Positions 23,544 through 33,909 of a DNA stretch of 33,909 nt are shown here, piece after piece. This DNA comes from Thelocarpon superellum (Eukaryota). Location of the stretch: positions 1-33,909 of the forward strand of contig JAPEUG010000175.1 of the NCBI GenBank assembly GCA_026025795.1, given 5' to 3'. The position numbers were made by a program, and so were the translations under genes. The notes beneath the pieces were generated by a model. The model saw nothing but the letters and a program-made list of their open reading frames with translations, ran no database searches and was not told the origin of the DNA. Numbering within the stretch: the first letter of the stretch is position 1; each line of letters begins with the position of its first letter.

Positions 23544-24788
23544 ATGGGACGCACGCGTATCATTCACGACTCAGAGGCGGACGAGGAGGAGGACGAAGAC
23601 GAGGATGTAGACAGCTCAAGTGGCGAATCAGAGCGGGCGCCCTCGCCCACAGTCACCGCCCGCACCTCTCCTTCTCCTTGTCCTTCCACACGCATACCGA
23701 CACCCACGAGCCCCGCCACCACCACCTCCCCCGCAGCGACGGCACCCGCGCCACGAAAGTCAAAGAAACGTCCGAGAGACGACTGGGCTTTTCCCAGCAG
23801 CGACCACGACTACGGCGAACATGACAATGACGAGGCTGCTGGCGCCCCAAAGTGGAAGAAGGCCGGTCCAGTCCGAGCGGGAACGACGTCGATGACGAGC
23901 AAAAGCGCATCTCGCAGAGCTGACGGGCGTATAACGACCGAAGTCACGATGGACGAGAGCGAGAGCGAGAGCGAGAGCGAGAGCGAGATGAAAAGTGCGG
24001 ACGCCAACACAGATCACCAGCCTGCACGATCGAGCGAGCCCTTGCCAGCGCCCGGCGGCGCCCGGCGGACGCGACGAAGTGGGAACGACCAGCTCCTTGA
24101 CGGCCTACCGAAACCGAAGCGCAAGCGGACGCACGAGCAGAAGCACGCCAGAGGCGAAGGCGCGGGCGAGGGTGAGGACGATGCGACGGCCCACTGCCGC
24201 CCCGTCGAAGAACTGGACGTCGTCTACCCCGCCAAACCATCCATCGAGATCGATCTCTCGGCGCGAGGATCTGAACTGTCCGCCGCACAAAAGCAGGCGT
24301 ACGAGCTGATTGAATCCCGGTCGCCTGCTCCTACTCGCCCTCCCGCCGTAGAGGATCTGTCTCGGGAGGAAGAAACTAAGCATCTCTCCACCAGGGCGAG
24401 GGGCAAAGCCAGGACGAAAGCCAAGACGAAAGGAACGGGAACAGGCAAAGGAAGGGCGAAGAACAAGGCCGACGAGACGCAGATGGGCGCGCTGGATCAC
24501 CACCCCCCCGCTGCATCGCCGGAGGAGTCGACACCTCCGAGGGACTTACCAACCTTCGAAGAAGAAAAGGCCCCGATTACGCATGATACGCCGCCCAAGC
24601 CGTCCGCTATGAAAAGAGAAGACGTCCCGTCGGTACCAAATCTGCTTCCTGCGCTGTCACGAAGCGTCCTGGGTGGCGCAGGCGTCAAGACGGGAGGCGT
24701 CGGCCAGGAGAAGGGAATCAAGGTGCATCGCGTGGGACTGAGCCGGCGCGTGGCTATCCCATCCCTTTTGCGCGTACTAAAGAAGTGA
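23544..24788 (+). CDS. Intrinsically disordered, likely nuclear protein with C-terminal RVGLSRR motif
   Basis: 414-codon ORF from ATG 23544 with acidic, Ser/Thr/Pro-rich and basic patches (PRKSKKRPR, PKPKRKR); ends HRVGLSRRVAIPSLLRVLKK. Confidence 0.75.
   Translation: MGRTRIIHDSEADEEEDEDEDVDSSSGESERAPSPTVTARTSPSPCPSTRIPTPTSPATTTSPAATAPAPRKSKKRPRDDWAFPSSDHDYGEHDNDEAAGAPKWKKAGPVRAGTTSMTSKSASRRADGRITTEVTMDESESESESESEMKSADANTDHQPARSSEPLPAPGGARRTRRSGNDQLLDGLPKPKRKRTHEQKHARGEGAGEGEDDATAHCRPVEELDVVYPAKPSIEIDLSARGSELSAAQKQAYELIESRSPAPTRPPAVEDLSREEETKHLSTRARGKARTKAKTKGTGTGKGRAKNKADETQMGALDHHPPAASPEESTPPRDLPTFEEEKAPITHDTPPKPSAMKREDVPSVPNLLPALSRSVLGGAGVKTGGVGQEKGIKVHRVGLSRRVAIPSLLRVLKK
23955..23987 (+). 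repeat. (GAGAGC)x5.5 coding microsatellite encoding an ES repeat
   Basis: Seen directly; encodes ESESESESESE. Confidence 0.85.
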
Positions 24789-24988
24789 AGGTCTGTGCAC
24801 TGAAGATGCGATGTGAAGAAAAGGGCAGGTTGACGGCAACTCTTCCTCTTCTTCTCACTCTTACGAAGCGTGGCGTTGGCGGGACTCAACGAGACGGGAC
24901 GCGACTTGAAGATTCCCATAGCACTTGGAATGATTGCCTGGCGAGGACTAGTAGTTTATCGATTGCATCTACTTTCTTCTCCCACACA

Positions 24989-27496
<2,508 letters not shown>

Positions 27497-28380
27497 CTAC
27501 TAACATACTAGTAGTCAGTCAGACCTGAACGTGGACTTTCGATGATGGGTCGTCGACGCTCGCCAGCCGTAGTCGCGGTACGAGGTAGCTTACCACGAAA
27601 GTTCTTGCGCTTGCCCTTACCCTTGCAAACACGCTCACCCTCCGCGGAACGTTTGTGCTATGCGCGGTGCCAAAGTCAAAAAATCGTGATTCATGGTTTC
27701 TCGTGGCAGCCACAGCGAACGGGCCCCGCGTAGTTGATCTGCCGCCTTCCGCCAAGATCTCCCAACTGTCACTGACTCCCGTGGCCTCCCAGTCACGGCA
27801 CAGATGACGCCTTGACCAATCACCGTTGCCATGACCCGTGGCCGGTCCTCTGTTGGTCCGCACCGACCGCAGCGCTTATGGTCGCCGTGGAGCAGCGACG
27901 CTAGGATCGACATCGTGCCATCAGATCCTCTCTAGTAGTAGCGTTTTGACCATGGCAAGGTGCTGAGAAAAGTTGGGCCAAGACGCGAAGAAGATTGGAT
28001 ACGGGTCCTGACTTCCTTTTCCTCTTCCCCCGGCTCCGCCCTGCGCCCTGCGCCCTGTGCCCAGGCCCCTGGCCCTCCGCGCTGCGCGCAGTGTGTAGGG
28101 AGCAGTCGCCCCACCCCACCACCGTCCCCACCTATCTACGCTTCTGCCCGCATCACGCACCCGCCCCCAGCTTATGTCTCTTACCTCATAGAAATGGCGA
28201 GCCGGCTTGGTTCTTGGGTCTGACACTTTCCCCGGACTACCGTCTTCCCGTGCTGGCGTGTCGTTGGTCCTGGGCAACGAGCACCCGTACTTCCTTATCA
28301 AGGGAGCTGCTCCCTCGGGGTCTCGCAGCACGACGTAGGGCTGACCTGACCGGTGGATGCTCCCACTTTCTCCCGCCATC

Positions 28381-31182
28381 ATGGCTTCATCTCCGCCCCA
28401 CGATGAACAGACCACAACCTTCTTTGTGGGTCAGCACGAGACCAAACGAGTGCTGCCCGTCACCGGCGCGATGCTGCGCCAAGCACAAGATAGTGGGGTG
28501 AGTGGCGTTTGGCAAGGCGGGCGCGCGTGACGAACCGCAAGCTGATGGAGGAGCAGTATGACATGCTGACGACTCCGGTCACGACCCCTCATTACCACTC
28601 TCGCGTGCTGGCCCTGCTGTCCTCCCATCTCTCGCAACTCGGCGGCGTCGGTAACGGGGCAAGCAAGAAGCCGTCGGCCGCGCCCAAGTTCCCCACCCCC
28701 GTCATTCCACCCCTGAATCCTGTCGACACTCCGCTGTCTCCCTCCTCCACCATCTCGCAGCTCCTGGCCGTCGCCGCACCCTGGACCGATCTGTGCTCCC
28801 CCGACCCGCTGATTGCTGACCTCTCACGCCAAGTGCTTCGCCAGGAGGTGGCGTACGCGGCCTTTTGCGGCATCGGAAACATTATTCTCCCTGCGCCCAA
28901 GCTGCACCATCGTGACGTTCATGGCCGGGGCCTCACGCAGTATGGGCGGGCCGTGCAGGAGAGCCTGGTGGCCGGACCATATCTGGCCATCACCATGCTT
29001 CTGCCCATGACGGACCATCCCGACACGGATCCGGTCGAGGGTGTTGGAAACCTGGCCCCCTTTGCCCGCGAAGACTTCGTCGAGGAGGCCGAAGGTCAAG
29101 AAGGGCGGAGAGCCGACATCTTTGGCACGTGGGACGGGTGGAACCTCATCAGGACCGTGTGTAACTATAGCCCGAGGCTGTTTGTAGGTGAGATGGCGCG
29201 TCAAGAATGCGAAGCTGATCAACCGCTCGACCGCTCAACTTGCCCCCCGTCTCAACATCTCTCCGTGCCCGTCTGGCGATGATGACCACTGCTGATCGTG
29301 GCGGTGACCCACACAGGCCTCAGCATCCCTCGGCACCTCCCTCCAATAGCCGTCCAGAGCCGGTGGTTCTCCGAACCTCTACGTCTGATGGCCTTGGATT
29401 CAACCACTTTTCTGCGAAATAAGAACCACTACCCCGTCCTAGGCAAATCCCACCAAGCGCTCGTAGCGCGATACATGCGGCTGCGCAATAGTCCCTGGAT
29501 TCTCTTGTGTGACGTTGGACCCATCCCCCATAGCACAGGAGCGGGAGATGACGCCTCCACCCCGGTCGATGGCTACCACAGTTCCACGGGCAGTGGTGAC
29601 ACCAGCGGCGGCACGCCTACCCCATCCCCCAAACTGGCCCTCGTCGAGACCAACCGCTCTACGCTCGCTGAGGCCGCAGCAGCAGCGACGGCTGCGGCAC
29701 GAGCATCGCGGCGCTCCTCGACCGCCAGTCCCTTTGAGGATCCGCAGGCGCAAGCACACATCTACGCCCGCGGCGGCACCCCTATCAGCGCCACCAAACC
29801 GCGCAAAGACCCGACGCCGCATCTCAGCTACATTCGATTCCTGTCCCGCTCGCAGCCGGCCCACACCACCATCGAGCGCTTCGGGGCCGGATATCAGGAT
29901 TATTTGCAGGCGCCACTTCAACCACTCACCGACAACCTGGAGAGCATCACATACGAAGTGTTTGAGAAGGATCCGGTCAAGTACGACTGGTATGAGCGAG
30001 CGATGGCGGCGGCCTTGTCCGACTTTGACGACCAGAAGCTCAAAGGATCAGGGCCAAACGGAAAAATCGTGGTGGCTGTCGTGGGTGCTGGCCGAGGGCC
30101 GCTGGTCAATCGTGCGTTGAGAGCCAGCCTCGCCGCGGGGGTCAACATGGAGCTCTGGGCGGTGGAGAAGAACCCAAACGCCTTTGTCCTGCTGCAGCGG
30201 CACAACGAGTCCGACTGGGGCGGGCGTGTCAAGGTGGTAAAGAGCGACATGCGGTCATGGAAGGGACCGCCGCTCCGACCTCAGCCGGCCGTTGACGTTG
30301 ACGACCCGTACGAGAAGAACGGCGTGGACGGCGGATTCGGGCGCGTCGACATCATGGTGTCAGAGCTGCTTGGTTCCTTTGGCGATAACGAACTCTCGCC
30401 GGAATGTCTCGATGGCGTGCAGCACGTCTTACACCCCGAGCACGGCATCTCCATCCCAGCCTCCTACACGGCGCATCTCACCCCCGTTGCCGCACCCCGC
30501 CTTCACACCACCATTAGCTCTCGCGTCGCTGCCGATCCCACTGCCCCGGAAACACCTTACGTAGTGATGCTGCACGCGATCGACTACCTGTCCACGGCAC
30601 CAGTCCATCCAACAGCTTTTTCCCCAACCACCGCGTCCACTTCCTCCCCCGCGCTCCCGCTTCCCCTGGTCCAACAAGCCTGGGAGTTCGCTCATCCCAA
30701 TCCTATCCTTTCGACCCCCCACACTGACAGCCTCGCGTCCAACGCCCACAACACTCGCTTCGCCCACCTACGCTTCCCCTGTGCCGCGCGCGGCTCCTGT
30801 AATGGCGTGGCGGGCTACTTTGAGACGGTGCTCTATAGCCATGTTGAACTCAGCACGCGCCCTGACACCATGGACGCGAAGAGTGCCGACATGATCAGTT
30901 GGTTTCCGATCTATTTTCCTTTGAAGGTGGGTTCGCCTCTTCTCCTCCGCCGTCTTGCCCTACCCTACCCCGTCCTCTGCTAACATGATCCACGCATGCA
31001 CGAAGACACCGCTCTATTTCCCCGACTCTTCCGAACTAGACATCAGTATCTGGCGACAGACAGACGACCGCAAGGTCTGGTACGAGTGGATGGTAGAGGC
31101 GTTTGTGGTGGTAGATGAGCATCGCATCCGTCTTGGCTCCTCGGAATTGCATTCGTCCAAGAAGAATGGGTGCTTGCGATGA
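28381..31182 (+). CDS. PRMT5: Type II protein arginine methyltransferase PRMT5 (Skb1/Hsl7)
   Basis: Exons 28381-28497, 28557-29187, 29317-30926, 31006-31182. QEVAYAAFCG, YQDYLQAPLQPLTDNLESITYEVFEKDPVKY, VVGAGRGPLV, VEKNPNA, VSELLGSFGDNELSPECLDG, SWFPIYFPL, KVWYEW. Confidence 0.96.
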
Positions 31183-31560
31183 TATTAGAGGAGTCCTCCT
31201 TTAACTATCCATTTGATCGAGGAGGTGATTTTGTCGAACACCCCCCTACCCCCTCCACCCAAGCGTTCTCGTTCGTCCCTTTCGCTTGATTCTGGAACGC
31301 CGGCGGCGCAGACTTTGGGCGTGCGCTATGCTTTATAGCAGTCTCCACATGTCAGGATACGAGGTTTCTGGGCTGGTGAGGGACAGGCTCAGCCTGAGGC
31401 TGTTCGTATATACTTACATCCTTCTCCTGACCTTTCGACACATGACCTCTATATCACGGCTCTTCCAATTCCCTCCCCCTCATACACGCTCCCCACTCAT
31501 TCCTCCCACCAACGTACTCCCGTCCATCCACCAACCCGTCGCCGACTCCATCCAACCACC

Positions 31561-31617
31561 CTGTCCCCGTTAGCAACGCTCAAGACCCAGAAAGGACACA
31601 CTCATCTAAAAAAAAAG
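31561..31617 (-). other. Telomerase RNA 3'-processing signals: U-rich Sm-like site plus 45-nt terminal intron with non-canonical 5' splice site
   Basis: Minus strand: CU9AG (31617-31606), then AUGAGU (31605-31600), branch point GCUAAC (31574-31569), 3' splice site CAG (31563-31561). Confidence 0.8.
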
Positions 31618-31888
31618 TAGTGCCGTCCCTTCCCGTCCGCGAAGACGAAGACGAGAAGAGACAGCTGGGGTGCCTCCTCCTCGGCACATGGAGATTCCTT
31701 CCCTCAAATGGCACCTCCGCCACCAATCGACACTTCGATTCGCCCCCGCCGTGGCTCCGTCCGGTTCGAAAGCGTGCTTCTCGTCGCGTGTCCAGCTCCG
31801 ATCTTGTCTCGTTCTGCGTCGCTCGGACGTCTCGCTTTCTCGTCGCGTGAAAGTGCCAGTGGGTTCGTGTCTGGTCGCAAGGGCGATA

Positions 31889-31945
31889 GCAGGAGCAGAC
31901 AAGCACAAAGCTTTGAGCCTCACCCGAGAGAGGTCCCGCTCCTAC
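31889..31945 (-). other. Telomerase RNA CR4/5 three-way junction (P5, P6, P6.1)
   Basis: P5 GUAGGAGCGG/CUGCUCCUGC; P6 GACCUC..GAGGCUC; single A linker; P6.1 AAGC-UUUGU-GCUU; GU linker. Confidence 0.85.
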
Positions 31946-32364
31946 CCATCGTGCAACCCTCATGTCGGGACGTGAGCCGTAGCATTTCCACTCGCTGAGA
32001 TCCCGAGATGGTGTCCGACGCGTCAGAAAGTGGTGAGCGTTAATCAGGGCTGGACATCGAAGATTCACTTCTCGTAGACCGGAGGCTGGTTGGACTGCAA
32101 GAAGAGGCGAATCTTGCGTCGTACGTTGGAAAGGTGATATCATCAGGAGTGGAAATCCTCGGAATTGCTCGTTCTCCGTCTCTCATATCTAATGCCACCC
32201 GGACGGTCCAGGAACATCGCCGCGAGTCGATTTCGTCCTTCCTCGAATCGGTCATCCCTCCAAGATGCTGTCGTCCATGCTGTATTGCACACTCCCCACC
32301 GTCGACCAGGACACCCGAAGGCGCCTGAGATTCTTCTGTCTGTTCGTATTGGCGGTACCCTCAG

Positions 32365-32465
32365 GGACTAGTCTTTGCTTCCTCTTCCGTCGAGCTGCCA
32401 TGGAGATGACACCGTCGAGAAGGGCATTGAAAAGCGGGCAAAGGACATCCTCAAAAACCGCTTTC
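32365..32465 (-). other. Telomerase RNA pseudoknot candidate
   Basis: S1 GAAAGCGG/CCGCUUUU; loop UUUUUGA; S2 GGAUGUCCUUUGC/GCAAAGACUAGUCC (bulged). Confidence 0.72.
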
Positions 32466-33683
32466 GTCTCCATTGAGGAGGTAGACATCCGCTCCGTCTG
32501 TGACGACAGCGTGGATCAAGTGTCGACGCTCACCTGTCAACCCCAGTGCAACCCACAAGAGGAGGCGATTAACGCGGCTGATCGAGACCCCAGCTAGGTC
32601 CCTTCGGACCGAGCCGGGCCACATCGTATGGCTACTGCCTCAACGTGGGTCCGGTGAGGGAGCTTCATCATGAAGATGATACGGATGAGGATTGAGGTGG
32701 ATAGCCGGGCCATAAACAAAGCACCGTGGTGCCCGCGAGGTGGGGAGAAAGGTACGGGACGTCTTCCAGCTGCACCAAGTCCACTCCCGGGTCAACCCAC
32801 AATGAGCCACCGCCCCTTGCGCACCCCAAGACCGAAACCGCTAGACACCTCGGAGTCCCGCACACGGTCCTTCTGAACACAATCGACCATCTCTCGATCC
32901 GTGCCACTCTCTACTCGACCAGATGAAATGAGACGACTGGAACGGACGTCATGCTTGATCTGACCACTCCACACCCGCTTTCCTTGTATGTTCAAAGCCA
33001 TCGGACGTGCTCGTCGCGGTACCAATGATGAAGCGGTGAGCTCCAACAACGAGTACACAACGACGATCACGAGCGATAGCAAAGACAGTGCCACGCTGTA
33101 GCGATGGCGAAAGCAGGCCTGAAGTGTTCTGTTCGTAGGCAAGTATCGTGTGACCGAATCCTGGACGTGTTCATGTCTCATCTCAGCCGGGCAGGAAGAG
33201 AGTGGCAGGGTCGAGAGGGGTTCGGTTATTGAACAAACAGAAGGATCTTGTCACGAGACAGGCCATTCGGCGATTAGGACCCGCAAAGGGGGGTTGCAAA
33301 CAACGACGGCCATCGCAGAGGAACCCGAGAGCGACACGGTCAGCATCAACGGAAGATCCCAAAGGCGGTCCATGGCGAGCCACGTGCCACCCGACCTTTC
33401 TCACCGACTATCGCTCAATGACTTCCTGCCGTGCTCCACATCAACAAGACATCCCAAGATGATCAGAGTATGGTGTCCAGCCATAGACAGCGACGCATTC
33501 TGTTTCAAGAAATGCATGCCATCCATTCTTTGACGCCGAGAGGCTCTGGACGTCAACCTCCCCTTTCGTACCTCTCGCATAGGCTTGGGCAGACGAGGCC
33601 CGTCGCGAATGCAAGGGATTAATCGAGGAGGCGACAACTGTGACGCGAAACTGGTCTTCCGTGGGGAAGAAGTCGACGATAGA

Positions 33684-33692
33684 TTAGGGTTA
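33684..33692 (-). other. Telomerase template 5'-UAACCCUAA-3' (1.5 repeats complementary to TTAGGG)
   Basis: + strand ttagggtta; lies 2 nt downstream (minus sense) of a 15-bp helix. Confidence 0.85.
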
Positions 33693-33909
33693 AGTTCCGA
33701 CACCCATCCTCCCATACCACCACGTCCAAAGTGACATCGCCAGTAGAATCTGTGCATCCGAAGAGACCATGCCATGAGGCTCGTGGGCCAGACTCTACGG
33801 CAGATGCCCGGGTAGATATGGGAGGCTTTGAGGCATCCCGGCACGAGGCAGAGAGATGAGTGCCGGAAGACTATGGGAAGGGCGAGCCGCGGTGTGGTAT
33901 AGCTCCCTC

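Larger units (their letters stand above)
31606..33909 (-). ncRNA. TER1: Telomerase RNA (TER/TR), ~2.3 kb; 5' end near or beyond the window edge
   Basis: No credible ORF. In 5'->3' order: boundary helix 33868-33854/33709-33695, template UAACCCUAA 33692-33684, pseudoknot 32465-32365, CR4/5 three-way junction 31945-31889, U-tract and terminal intron at 31606. Confidence 0.88.

Noticed and set aside
27520..27700. GAAAGUCC (RNase P/MRP-like) and AUUUUUUG (Sm-like) motifs on the minus strand
   Set aside because: No matching partner region for RNase P/MRP and no U1/U2/U4/U5 signature nearby.
32974..33117. Three-way-junction-like fold first considered as CR4/5
   Set aside because: The small hairpin loop (AACAUA) lacks the U/G pattern; 31889-31945 fits far better.
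33684..33692. TTAGGGTTA as an interstitial telomere remnant
   Set aside because: Only 1.5 repeats, and it is accompanied by the boundary helix and other TER elements, which fits a template.
31580..33844. Short ORFs on both strands in the terminal region (e.g. 31580-32143, 33401-33844)
   Set aside because: No recognisable domains or coherent exon structure; the region is better explained as telomerase RNA.

Overview
GC-rich, intron-containing genomic DNA from a filamentous ascomycete (Pezizomycotina-like, inferred from gene content and short GT..CTRAY..AG introns). It holds eleven protein genes: TYW4/PPM2 with a C-terminal JmjC domain (partial), an intronless amidohydrolase, ATG18, PI31, a PTH11-like membrane protein, a C2H2 transcription factor, an 18-exon YVC1/TRP channel, VPS11, a disordered basic protein, an intronless PRP43, and PRMT5/Skb1. 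The main result is that the last ~2.3 kb (31606 to ~33909, minus strand) has no credible protein ORF but carries every core element of a telomerase RNA in the expected order. These are a template-boundary helix, the template UAACCCUAA (TTAGGG telomeres), a U-rich/A-rich pseudoknot, a vertebrate-like CR4/5 junction with P6.1, a U-rich Sm-like site, and a terminal intron with a non-canonical AUGAGU 5' splice site. Splice sites and RNA pairings were read by eye; no searches or folding programs were run.
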